Shown here in pieces: positions 11,611-23,275 of a DNA stretch of 64,000 bases. Positions within the stretch are counted from its first letter, which is position 1, and each line of letters begins with the position of its first letter. Location of the stretch: positions 30,876,001 to 30,940,000 of the forward strand of contig NC_045705.1 in assembly GCF_009834535.1 (NCBI RefSeq), given 5' to 3'. Both the position numbers and the translations under genes were made by a program. This DNA comes from Camelus ferus (Eukaryota). A model generated the notes under the pieces. It saw only the letters and a program-made list of their open reading frames with translations, was not told the DNA's origin and made no database searches.

Positions 11611-13359
11611 GATGATTATTAGTAGTAATGTTTTATTCTAAACAGCCTAAATCAACCCTTGAGCAAACAGTAGATGCTTTAATATATGTTATTTCCTCTT
11701 CTTCCTCTTGCTCCCTGCCACCTTAGTCGGTGGCCCAGAGAAATAGTTTGAGGGGCCCTGGCTGCGACTATCTCCCCAAGGCTGGAGTTGGGCCCCAGCG
11801 TTGCACCAATGGCAGTGACCGACTTGGTTCATCTCTGTATTCCCAGGGCCTTGACACACTTGAATTGAGTTTGGGCACTCAACAAACATTTCCTGAGTGA
11901 ATGAATGAATGATGAATCCTAGCTGTCTGAGAACCCTCTCTGACTCTCCCCTACAAAATTATCCAAATCTGAAGGCAAAACAAAACGAACCACACTTAAT
12001 TGGTGCTTTCATCCTGCCATGAGCTAACAAGATCCAGAAATTCTCTGTGGGAGAATTGGCTCTGTCTTTTAGAGGTGGGACTTGTGGGGGTTCTGGGATT
12101 TGGTGAGTGGATCTGGGTTCCTCTTTAGCTGTAAATCCACCTTCCAGCCCCACTCCTGGCATCTTCCCATTTTTGCCTTTTCCTGCTCAGGCTGAAGTGC
12201 CCAGCTCTTTACAGAAAGCCTTATCCTGCCCACCAACCCCCACTTCCTCACACGCCCTCCAGTCCCAGGGTTGGGGGGACCCTGAGGGCCCTCTTTCTCT
12301 CCTGCTTCCCTCCACCTCTGCCCTAGGTCCACACAAGATGCACAGGCTCACTCCGGTGGGCCCAGCCCGAGACCAGCACTTCCCATGGTGGGGCTCAGTA
12401 CACTCTCTTCAGAGTCACTTTGGGGGCTGGAAAAGCATGCATTTAGGGGCCTACCAGGGACCCATGGGATTAGCAGCACTGAGAGGGACCTGGGAATCTG
12501 GCCTTTAACAGGATCCTAGAGTTTCCCTGGCTCAGTGAGGCTCTGGAACCCTGCTCCAGGGTTCCCTGAAACCTGCAACAGAGACTCTCGGGCTACAATT
12601 AAGGTTTCAAAAGGCCCAATGGAAACCTCGCCTTTACCCTTGATTTGAGCACTCAGGCAATTATGTAATAAACGCTGTCTGTTTGGTAGGCAGAGACGTG
12701 CCAAGGGTGGGGCCCTCTGAAGGAACACGACACTAGGCGTCTGTCCTAATGCAAAGGTCAGCACTCCTGGGCTCTTTGGGACCTCGTTTCTGGGCGACTG
12801 TTCATGAATGCACTGCTTTATTCCTTTTTATCCCTTCAATAGGTCACCCAGGCCATCTTGCCATTTATGTCCCCTTAGCATGTCTCTCTGCTTCTCAAAA
12901 GAATACAATGTCATTTGCACATCTGGAGATAGCTCCGGATCCTCCTTTCTACTACCTTTTAGGGACCCAACACATAGTAGGCCTCAATCAATGTTTGATT
13001 AAATGACTAATAACACTTAACTTTTAATGTGTTTTTTATGTACCAGGCCCTGGGCCAAGTTCTTAATCCAAATTATCACATTTAATCCTCACCTTAGCTC
13101 TGTCAATGTGGCCTCTTTAATATGATTTTCCTTTTGCATATAAGGAAACGATGACTCAAAGAGATTAAGTTACTTGTCCACAGGTAGTCATTGGTAGAGT
13201 CAGGGTCCAAATCCACCTGTATGACTCCAGAAACTAAACTCTTACCACTGTACCATACCACTCTGAGGAACAAGACTGCTAATGAAAGCTTCAAGTAAGA
13301 CTCAGAGTGACAGAGAGACTTTGCAGACTGCCCATATCTATTTGTCTGTCTACCATCAA

Positions 13360-13560
13360 CTACCCCTCATCCATCATTCATCATCCACCCTTAACCCATC
13401 CATCCATCATCCAACAACGATCTGTCCATCATCCATCCATCCATCTATCCATCATCAAACCATCATCCATCTGTCATCCACCTATTCATCATCTGTAATT
13501 TAATCCATCCATCCATCATTCATCCATTCATACATCTTTGAACCTTCATTCATCCAGCCA
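13360..13560. repeat. Degenerate (TCCA)n simple repeat
   Basis: Repeated CATC/CCAT units. Similar tracts at about 14170-14330 (TGGA) and 23915-24300. Confidence 0.9.
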
Positions 13561-14354
13561 GCAAGGACCCATTCATCTAGAACTTTAATTTCCTTCCTCT
13601 AAACCAGCTCCCAATCTGGGACCAAAGTCCTACCCACATGCCCCTATTCTTACTCGGTTTTTTGATGTCACTAATACCTGTATGTCACCAGGACAAAAAT
13701 AAAATGATATTCAAAACAATCCCCCCACACACACAAAATTCAAGCCTTAAGTGTCATTCAGTTGACCTTATCTCCTCAGAGCAGAAACCCCAGCTTGAAG
13801 CCAGAGCTCTCCCCAGGGGAGGAGAAGTAAGATCAAGACATAGAAGGAAGATGAGGAATTAAGAAAGCAAGGACTGAGGAAAAAAACCTTTACAGGACAT
13901 CACAGACCATTGGATGTTGGCTCCTTAAGCCCAGCCCTCCTACAAATTGTTCAGATATGGAAACTGAAGTCCCAGAGAGTAGAAAGCCCCATATCTCCTC
14001 CCTTGTTACTTTCTATATTTTATCCTAAGTAAGCTTTTAGTTCTCTCTCTTGCTCCAAAGATGAATCTGGCAGAACCAGTGTTCTATTCATTCCACAGCA
14101 CCTAGCAAAGTCACCTCGCATATAAATGTCACCTGGTTAGTATATGTCTATTAGAGGGACAAGTCAGTGGGAGGTGGATGGAGGGTTTGGTAGGGAGAGG
14201 GAAAGACAATCGGAAAGATGAATGAGTGGATGATTAGATGAATGTGTGAATAAATTGGTGGATTATCCATGGCATGAAAGGATGAAAGAGTGTATGGAAA
14301 CATGGAAGGATGGAGAGAAGGGTGATGCTTTGGAAAACTATTTCCTTCATCAAT

Positions 14355-15125
14355 CCCACTGCACGTAACAAATCCTATTACACCCATTAGGATGGCTGTT
14401 ATCAAAAAAAATAGATAATAAAAAGTGTTGGCAAGGGATGTACAGAAATGGAACCCTTGTGCACTGTTGGTGGGAATGTAAAATGGGGCAGCCACTGTGA
14501 AAAACAATATGGCAGCTCCTGAAAGAATTGAAAATAGAATTACCTTATAATCCAGCAATTCCGTTTCTGGGTATATACCCCAAANNNNNNNNNNNNNNNN
14601 NNNNNNNNNNNNNNNNNNNNNNNNNNNNNNNNNNNNNNNNNNNNNNNNNNNNNNNNNNNNNNNNNNNNNNNNNNNNNNNNNNNNNNNNNNNNNNNNNNNN
14701 NNNNNNNNNNNNNNNNNNNNNNNNNNNNNNNNNNNNNNNNNNNNNNNNNNNNNNNNNNNNNNNNNNNNNNNNNNNNNNNNNNNNNNNNNNNNNNNNNNNN
14801 NNNNNNNNNNNNNNNNNNNNNNNNNNNNNNNNNNNNNNNNNNNNNNNNNNNNNNNNNNNNNNNNNNNNNNNNNNNNNNNNNNNNNNNNNNNNNNNNNNNN
14901 NNNNNNNNNNNNNNNNNNNNNNNNNNNNNNNNNNNNNNNNGTTATTGTTTAATTGGTACGGAATTTCAGTTTTGCAAGATATAAAGAGTTGTGGAGATGG
15001 ACGGTGGTGATTGTTGTACAACAATGTGAAGGTACTTACCGCCACTGACCTGTACATTTGAAAATGGTTAGGTGGTACATTTTATATTATGTGTATTTTG
15101 CCACAATTTAAAATAATAATAAACA
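14355..15125 (+). mobile_element. L1 3' fragment (ORF2 end/3' UTR) spanning an N gap
   Basis: GGAACCCTTGTGCACTGTTGGTGGGAATGTAAAATGG...TAATCCAGCAATTCC...TATATACCCAAA; after the gap, ...TTGAAAATGGTT...TGCCACAATTTAAAA. Confidence 0.85.
14585..14940. other. Assembly gap (356 N)
   Basis: Run of N. Confidence 1.
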
Positions 15126-15989
15126 ACAAATGTTACGTGCCCTTCCTTCAGAATCTATCCTGAATCTGTCCACTCCCTTCTGTCTCTCTTGCCACCACCC
15201 TTGTCCAATCCACTGTCATCTCGCTCCTCGATCATTCCAGTGGTTTCCTACTGGGCTTTCTCCCCATTCTTACTCTTGTCTCCTCCCCATTTATTCTCCA
15301 CAGGGCAGTCAGAGTGATCTTTTTAAAACCTTATTCAGTGGAGCCACTAGGTATTGGGAGAAGATACTAAAAACTTCCAGATAGACAAAACAAAACTAGA
15401 CAAACTGAAAAAAATCAGCAAAACCCCAAATTGGTCACATTCAAAAAGAGGACATGGAATGAGGTCAGACTTCCTAAGAAAAACGTCTAGTAACCAGAAG
15501 ACACTAGAAAAATGCTTTCAAATTCTAAGGGAAAAAAATTATTTTCAATCTAGATTTCTATAGCAAGCCAAACAACTATTAATCAACTGAGAGATAAAAC
15601 AAACAGCAACAACCAAACCACCTCCCACACCTCCTTTCTTAGGAGCCATAATGATATGAATAACAAATCCTTATTTAATTCACTGTTCTAAGCATCTTAC
15701 ATACAGTAACCCACTCAATCCTTACAGCAATCCTGTGAAGTAAATATCACTAAGAAGAAGTTGAGGCACAGAGGGGCGAAAGACCTTGCCCGTGGTCACC
15801 CCACCCAGTGATGGGGAGATGGGGTGTGGCTCCCAGCAGACTGGTTTCAGAATGAGGGCTCTATCTCCCTGCTACTCTGCCCCTCAGAAACATGGCGGCG
15901 AGAAAATACAGGTAATCAAAGTACACCATGTGGCCAAGCTGTGAGTAATAATCACATGGTCCTAATAACAGAAAATTCAGATACTGATT

Positions 15990-16430
15990 TAACAAAAGTT
16001 ATAATACAGAGAAAGATGAGTACTGTAGGATCTCACTTACAGGTGGAACCTAAAAACAAAAACTAAACTCAGAAAAAGAGATCAGATTTATGGTTTACAG
16101 AGGTGGGGGTTGGGAGACAGGGGAAATCAGGTGATGATGGTCTAAGATCCAAACTTCCAGTTGTAAGAGAAATATGTCCTGGGATGTAATGTACAAGATG
16201 ACAGAGTGAAAGCTGCTGTATGGTATATTCAAAAGTTGCTAAGAGAGTGTTTCCTAAAAGTTCTCATCACAAGGGAAAACATTTTTTTTGTTAACTATAT
16301 GAGGGGATGGATGTTCACTAAACTTACGTGGTAATCGTTTCACAATACACACGTGTGTGAGGTCATGCTATCACAGCTTAAACTTACACAGTGTTGGGTG
16401 CCAATTATAGCAATAAAATGAAAAAAAGGG
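15990..16430 (+). mobile_element. L1 3' UTR fragment
   Basis: GATCTCACTTACAGGTGGAACCTAAAAAC...CTTCCAGTTGTAAG...GTTGCTAAGAGAG...CAATAAAATGAAAAAAA. Confidence 0.8.
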
Positions 16431-16682
16431 GAAAATTACTGTATTTTGCTATGTGTGGAGACTGTGTGTGTGAATGTGTGTGTTGTAAATAACTAGACTC
16501 AAATTCTCATCTTTAATAGTACAAGTGAATAGATAATATCTCAAAGTAAAAAACCAAGCCAGATTCATCTCCACCTACATATGGAAGGCACTCAATAATG
16601 TTTGTGAATGGATGAATAAATACTGTTCTGTCTCTATTTCAAATCTTCATGTATACATTTACACAGCCCTGTCGTAGAAAGA

Positions 16683-16843
16683 CTGGAAAAATAGCTTTAT
16701 TCTTTTTTTGTTTTTGAGGGGGGAGGTAATTAGGTTTATTTACTTACTTATTCTTAGAGCAGGTACTGGGGATTGAACTCAGAACCTCATGCATGTTCTC
16801 TATACCATTTAAGCTATACCCTCCTGCTGGAAAAATAGCTTTT
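16683..16843 (-). mobile_element. tRNA-derived (camelid-type) SINE with 16-bp TSD
   Basis: GTACTGGGGATTGAAC B-box and GGTAATTAGGTTTATTT tail; TSD CTGGAAAAATAGCTTT on both sides. Confidence 0.9.
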
Positions 16844-16942
16844 ATCTACCTCTAACGTGCTATATATGTCATGGAGAAATGACTATGATAAGTTTATGTA
16901 AAAAGTAACAAATTGCAGAACAGCATGATACTACATTTACAT

Positions 16943-17071
16943 TTTTTTAGTGGGGGAAGGTAATTGGGTTTATTTATTTACTTACTGTTTTTAGGGGAGG
17001 TACTGGGGATTGAAACTGGGACCTCCTGCATGCTAAGCATGCGATCTACCACTTGAGCTATACCCCCACCC
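16943..17071 (-). mobile_element. Second tRNA-derived SINE copy, same orientation
   Basis: GGAGGTACTGGGGATTGAAA...GCATGCTAAGCATGCGATCTACCAC-TTGAGCTATACC. Confidence 0.9.
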
Positions 17072-17369
17072 TTCCAATTCCATTTTTGAATGGATAGAAT
17101 ATGCACGTATGTAGGTATAACCTACAAACACATAGGATTATGTATGTAGAATAAAGTATCTGCAGGCATAGTCCAAGGTGCTACCAGTGAGGACTAAGAA
17201 TGGAAAGAGGGAAATATTTTACTTGATACGCTGTCATATTTTTTAAATGTTTGTAATGGATATTTCTTGTTTTAATAATTAAAAGCAAACATTTACAATT
17301 TATTTAGATTTTCACCAAACACACACACCCATACCCACACACACAAAAGGTTATTCAAGATCATGTCAT

Positions 17370-17880
17370 TTCCCTGCTCAAAACCCTCCAGTGGCTTCCC
17401 ATCAGGTGTGGGTAAAATCCACACTCCTGCCATGACCTTCAGGCCCTGTGTGATCTGCCCGCTGCAGACACTAGGCTTCAGTTTATTTCTGCCCCCTGGG
17501 CTCACCGGCCACTCTGGTCCTCGGCCGAGCTCCCCCCTGCTCTTGGCACCGCTGTTCTCTCTCTGCCCAGAACAACTGCCCCACCTGCCTTTTCGTGCAC
17601 ATTCCTTCCCTGCACTCAGATTTCCACTCAACTGCCACCTCCTCAGAGGCCTTCCCTGATCTCCCAAATTACAGTAGCCCCTCCCCAGAGACACTCCGAA
17701 TCACATTACTCTGCTCTCCACAGGACTTATGGTGCATGTCTGTCAATTTGACTGTTCACTGGCTCTCTCCCGCACTGGACTTAAGCTCTATGAGAGCAGT
17801 GGCCTTGCCTTGCCTGCCCATCATGGAGCCTCCAGTGCCTAGATCAGTACCTGGTACATGGCATATGGTCAGAGTCTATT
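17370..17880 (+). mobile_element. L2 LINE 3' fragment
   Basis: TCATGTCATTTCCCTGCTCAAAACCCTCCAGTGGCTTCCC...CAGAGGCCTTCCCTGA...CCAGTGCCTAG. Similar L2 pieces at about 28640-29020 (-), 49480-49990 and 61780-62190. Confidence 0.75.
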
Positions 17881-18919
17881 TGATGGATGGACCAATGAGG
17901 GGATGATTGGGCAAGTGGGTTGGATAAGTGTCAGAAGGATGGGTGGGTGGATGGGGGTGGCTGGGGGGAAGGAGAGTGGATGCTTGGGTGAGTGGGTGGC
18001 TGTCTGTCATCAGCTGGGTCACTGGGAAATGACCCCGTTGATCTGTCACATTGAGCCTTCTATGCTTCTCCACTCTCCCGGCTGCTTTATCCCCTTGCCT
18101 CAGGGGATGCAGTAAAACTCACATACCATGTTCCAAAGTTTACTGGGCCTCATACTCAGTACCTTACCTCATATATGACATGCATTACCTCATTTAATCG
18201 TTGCAACTCTGTGTATTTAGTGTTTTCATGCTCTCAGTTTTATACATGAGGAAACGGGCTCAGAGAGGTTAAGTCACTTGCTCCAAGGTTACACTCTGGT
18301 GAGTGATGGAGCGAGGACTAGACCAAGGTCTGGCCCCAGTGCCTTTTCAGTAAGCCTCACTACCTAAAAATACAGACGCAGAGGACATGCAGGAACTGGT
18401 GGGAGACTGTGGGGGGTGTCTCTACACATGAGTCTTCAGCAATACCTTCCAACAGGTATAGAGAAGGGACAGAACAGATGCCCAGATGGGCAATGACGTC
18501 AGTGGGGCGGGGAGGTTGCCCCATAGGGACCAGGACCCCTGGGGATACTGGAGGAGTCTCTGAAGGAATCAGGCCTTTATGACCCACATGGGGAGCTCAG
18601 GCATCCAGTCAGGAGTCATTCCGAGAGCCCCCGCCTGAGGTATCAGGGATCTGCCTGGGCATTGAGCCAGGAAACCACAGGCTTTCTCTCAAGTACTCAG
18701 TCCATCAGCTAGCCCCAGGCCTACCTGGTTTCTAGATATATGAACATCACCCCACTATTACAGGAGGGGAAACTGAGGCTTCAAAAGACCCAAAGGAAAT
18801 GCACTCACACCCAGTGAAACTGAGTAGGGGTCAGGCCAGAGGAGAAAGTATCTCTCATGCTGCAAGGGGTTGCTGGCCGGGCTAAGCTAGCTGGGACCTA
18901 AGCCATCCTGTTGCCTGGG

Positions 18920-18935
18920 CCACCAGGGGGCGCCA
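18920..18935 (+). promoter_or_regulatory. Consensus CTCF motif in SPI1 intron 2
   Basis: CCACCAGGGGGCGCCA is an exact match to the CTCF core; binding not shown. Confidence 0.7.
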
Positions 18936-19781
18936 GTCCTCAAGCCGGGAGGGGCCTGAACTGCTTGCTGGTCTCTGGTCAGGGAGGCCCAGGCCTTCAT
19001 CTTGGCTGGGGGAGCTGGGCATAGAGTTGGATGAGGGAGACTTTCTCTCTAAATTGTCTGGATTTTCCACAGAAAGGATGTATTTCTTGTAGAACTATAA
19101 ATAAGCTTAAAAGGATGAAAAAGAAGATATTTTAAAAGCCTTTCTAACCCTGGGGTTCTGAAAGAAGCCTGGAGACACGTCCGCCACCTACGCCCAAGAC
19201 GAGGCTTCCAGGTATAGTCTTTAGAATGGCTGTCAGCTGTGAGCTCCAGGTGAAGCTATTCACAAGTTTTGGCATTTGGATATGAGAGTAAATAAGAACT
19301 CGCCACATATGGCCTCTCTGGGTGTGGCCATCAGGTTTAAATGTGCCAGCAGAATGAAGCTACAGGCCCCCAGGTGTGGCCTTCAGGAGTGCAAACTTCC
19401 TCAGATGTGGCACACAGCATGTCTGTCCCTTTGAGGCTGCAGACACTCTGGTGTCCAGCCTGCCTCGGTCTCAGACCCCCTGGAGAATCCCCCAGTGAAG
19501 ACCCATGAACTGGGCCACCTCACCTTTGGACCAGGGATATCCCATCCATATGCCAAGATCCAATTCAAGTGGCCTCTCTCAGCCCGCTGCCCAGGTCCCA
19601 GGCACTGAATGCCTCTCTCTCCTCCCCTGAATTTGCTTCAGGATCGAGGCTGGGCCTTGGAGTGGCAGTTAGACCCAGACAGAAAAAGCCCCTGCCCTTG
19701 GCCCCATCCCACCAACACCCCTAGCGAACTGGGGGCTTCAGCCCCTGCTGAATGAGGAGGTCCTGAGAGACTCCTTTAGCT

Positions 19782-19955
19782 CAGCAGTTCTCAAATAGGG
19801 GTGATTCTTCCCCTACAGGGGACATTTGGCAGTGCTGGGGACATTTTTGGTTGTCGTGATCTAGTGGGTAGAAGCCAGGGATACTGCTAACATTCTCCAA
19901 CACACAAGACAGGCCTCACGTGGAATTACCCCGCCCGAAATGTCAATGGAGAAAC
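19782..19955 (+). mobile_element. MER20 (hAT-Charlie) DNA transposon remnant
   Basis: CAGCAGTTCTCAA...GGGGACATTTGGCA...GGGACATTTTTGGTTGTC...TAGTGGGTAGAAGCCAGGGATACTGCTAA. Confidence 0.8.
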
Positions 19956-20443
19956 GTAGCTAGGCACACACAGCAGGGAGCGGGGCTGCACCCACAGGAG
20001 ATCAGGGTAAGGGGGTGACAGGAACGGAGAGGAAGAGGGACACGGAGGGGGTGGGGGGAGGAATCACTGGAGCTGGAGCAGAGAGCTGGGATCCACTGAC
20101 CAACCGGGCCGCCTTGTACAAGTCCTACAGCCAGCTTAGCCTGTTTCCTCGTTTGCAAAATGGCCAAAAGGATTGGACATGGAGATAAATGTGAAAGAAG
20201 CTAACCCCGTGCCTTGGAACACCAGAGATGTTCCATAATGCCAGCTGGGGGGGTGTGGGGTGCAGGAGTGTTGGGGTTTAGGGTAGCGAATTCACATTCC
20301 CGAGAGTTAGCTGGATCTGATTCTCAGAATTCCAAAGAAGCCCTGTAAACATGTCTTCTTTTTCCCCTCTTCCCAGAACAAGCAGTTCCTCCAGTGCGCA
20401 GGCCAGATGGGGAATTGGGGGCGGGGCTGGGCCCTGTACTCAC

Positions 20444-20543
20444 CGCTGTGGCTTTCTCCATCACTGCTGAGATAGGGGTAATATTCGTGCGTTTGGCGTT
20501 GGTACAGATCCGTGTCATAGGGAACCAGGTCTTCCGATGGCTG
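20444..20543 (-). CDS. SPI1: SPI1 exon 2 (97 or 100 nt via NAGNAG acceptor)
   Basis: (Q)PSEDLVPYDTDLYQRQTHEYYPYLSSDGESHS; acceptor ctctcagCAG|CCA; donor gtgagt. Confidence 0.98.
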
Positions 20544-22945
20544 CTGAGAGAGGAGGATGTCGGGCCTCGGACTGTGGCGAGGAGACCCCAGCCAGGTTGG
20601 CAGCCCCCAGGATGTGGGGTCCACACCACCCTCCCAGACAGAGTGCCTGCCCCAGGCCTACAGCCCTCTCTCTGCCTGGAACTGGGAGAGGCCACACAGA
20701 GTGGGAGCAGGGGGCCCAGGAGAGCAAGAGCCTTGGCTCTTGCAGAAAGGGGATGACAGGGACCCTGGAGGTCAGAGGTCAGAAGAGGACCAGGGCTGAG
20801 GGAGCCATGCTCCCCACAGTCACCTGACACTCACACACATTCCACTGCGTGCCCAGCCCCAGCCTCACATAGTCGCCCTCTCACAGTCCCACTGATGCAC
20901 CTACACCCCCCAAACACACACATACTCCCCATGACACACTTATACCCCACCCCCACAGTGAACTCACACTCACAGGTCCACTCACACCCCTCACACTCAC
21001 TCTAGGGGTCACTCACATTGACACACACTTATGTCATACACACACCATTATATACCCACCTGTAGCCACACGCAGTCACTCGGATGAACACACGTATCCA
21101 CACACTTGCCTCCAGGTACATTAACGCACACATTTATACTCGTATCCTGCACACTCGTCCTCACAGCACACACACTTGTCCTCCTGCCACAGTCTCCACC
21201 CCAAACCCCCACTCTCTCTTACAGCTGGTGCCTGGGCCCCAGGCAGGCTCAGGGCCCCCACAATGACCAGTGGCCGTTTACACTGATGAATTTTACAGGA
21301 TTCACCCAGGCAGGCTTTGGGGGCTGTGGTCCGGCCAGAGCCTTGATCCTCACCCTCCTCTCCCTCCCTACCCCCCGCCCCACTGGCACAGGCACAGGGA
21401 CGTGCACACCCGGAGGCTTCCCAACAGTTATCAGGCTTCTCCCCACCCCCGCAGCGTGTGCCCAAGGATTGCACAACCATAACTCTGGCCCTCGGGGCTT
21501 GGTTTGGGGACCAGCGCTGCCTCGGGAGGCCACCCTCCCGGGAGCCACTCTGAGTAGTCCCTGGGCCGGGAGGAGGGGCTGGGGGGTTTGGTGCTGGAGA
21601 CCACGATGATGTGCCTCCTGCCCAGCTCTACCTGCAGTTCAGGGATCGGGAGGTCAAGGGTCAGAGGCAGGGTGGCTAAGCCCCTGGGCCTGTGGCTTTC
21701 TTGAGGCAGAGCTGGCTCTTCCTGGGACCACCTCCATCACCCCCTGAATACCAATCCCTGCCCCCATCTCCTCAGTCCCAGGTCGGAGAAGTGTGGGACA
21801 GAGCACGGTGGGGGCTGGCCGGCTGGTTCTCTCTGTGTCTGGCCAAATGAGGAGGCCAGGAGCCCAGCACTAGGTTGTAGGCAGAGCAGACCCACAGCAG
21901 GATGTCAAGCCTGGGGTGCCTCCCCAGGGCTCTGAGGCCTGGCTGGGGTGGGGAGGGGGAAGGGAGCTGCCTTCAAGCCGGGAAAGCTGAGTCAGGTGGG
22001 CCGGCCCTGCCGAGCCCTTCCCAGCTCCCCCCAGGACTCCCCATCCCTGCTGAGTGGGGACAGGGTGGGAAAAGAGAGAGGGGTCCTCTCAGAGGGGCCC
22101 AGGTCAGACACCTGCCAAAGGCTGCAACTGTCACTGCGAGCAGAAGCAGAGGGGGTCTGCCCCAGACGGCTGCCCTTGCCTCCCCAGGGTCCCCTGGGAC
22201 GCCTGCTTCTTCACCTCCAGCCTCAGCCCCTGCCTTCACTCCAGTCTCGCACTTGACCAGGTCCCACCCCCGCCCCGATCTCAGGCCCAGGCTGTCCCCA
22301 ACCCGAGCCCCTGCCCTCCTCTCCCCTATGCCCAGCCCTAACCCAACCCCAGCTGCAGGTGCTAGCCCCCGCTTCCCTCACTGCTCCAGCCCAGCGCCTG
22401 CTCTACCCTGCCTCCGCCACTCAGGACCTGTGGCCCAAGGCCCGGACCCTTGGGTCAACAACCAGGTCCTTTGTGCCAGGCCCCAGCCTGGGTGTGGGGG
22501 CCCAGGCTTAAGGCAGCCTCGGTCTCCAGGAGTACGCAGGCCATGGGCTGAGACCTCTGGCCTGTTGCTTTCTGCCCCCAAGTCTTTACTGTCCTGGGGA
22601 CTGGCTTTGCCCCGCGCCAGTCTCCCCATCTCCTCTGCCACCCTCACCATCCTCAGCCCAACACCCTGCCCTGGAGCTCTGGCCTGCCCCACAAGTCCTA
22701 TCTATAAATAACCATTCAGGCCCCACCGATCACAGCCCCACCACGGGCCCAGCCCTCAGCCCGCCGGGGCATGCTCTGAGAAGGCCAATGGCCCCTCGCT
22801 GGGTCTCAGGCCAGGAGCTCCAGGGAGGAAACACCAACTTCCCACTGATAGCGGGAGGGAAGACGGTGGGCTGGCGGGCTGGCGGGCAGGCGGGCGGGCG
22901 ACCGAGGACCGCGGGTTGGGCTGGTAGAGGAGTCCCAGTACTCAC

Positions 22946-22990
22946 AGGGGGGACGAGGGGAAACCCTTCCATTTTGCACGCCTGTAACAT
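22946..22990 (-). CDS. SPI1: SPI1 exon 1 coding part (45 nt; MLQACKMEGFPLVPP)
   Basis: Matches the PU.1 N-terminus; donor gtgagt. Confidence 0.98.
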
Positions 22991-23164
22991 CCAGCCGAGC
23001 TCCGAGCTGATCGGGTCCCCTGCCTCAGTGGGAGCCAGTGCGGAGCCCCTCGGGATGGGGCGCCCCGTCAGGGGCTGGACGGACTTGGGGCGGGCGCAGG
23101 GCACAGGCCTGCCCCTTGAGCTACAGGAGCCCTGGGTGAGCCCCCTCCCTTGACATTGCAGGGC

Positions 23165-23275
23165 CAGCGCAAGTTCCTGATTTTATCGAAGGCCTGCCGC
23201 TGGGAGATAGTCCCCTTGGGGTGACATCACCACCCCAGCCCGTTTGCATAAATCTCTTGCGCTACAGGAAGTCTC
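23165..23275 (-). promoter_or_regulatory. SPI1: SPI1 proximal promoter: PU.1 autoregulatory site, octamer-like site, ETS site
   Basis: AAAATCAGGAACTT at 23171-23184, ATGCAAAC at 23242-23249 and CAGGAAGT at 23265-23272; arrangement as described for the mouse and human PU.1 promoter. Confidence 0.8.

Noticed and set aside
21902-22711. 269-aa Pro/Ala/Gly-rich ORF antisense in SPI1 intron 1
   Set aside because: Low-complexity composition expected from GC-rich DNA; no domain or splice support.
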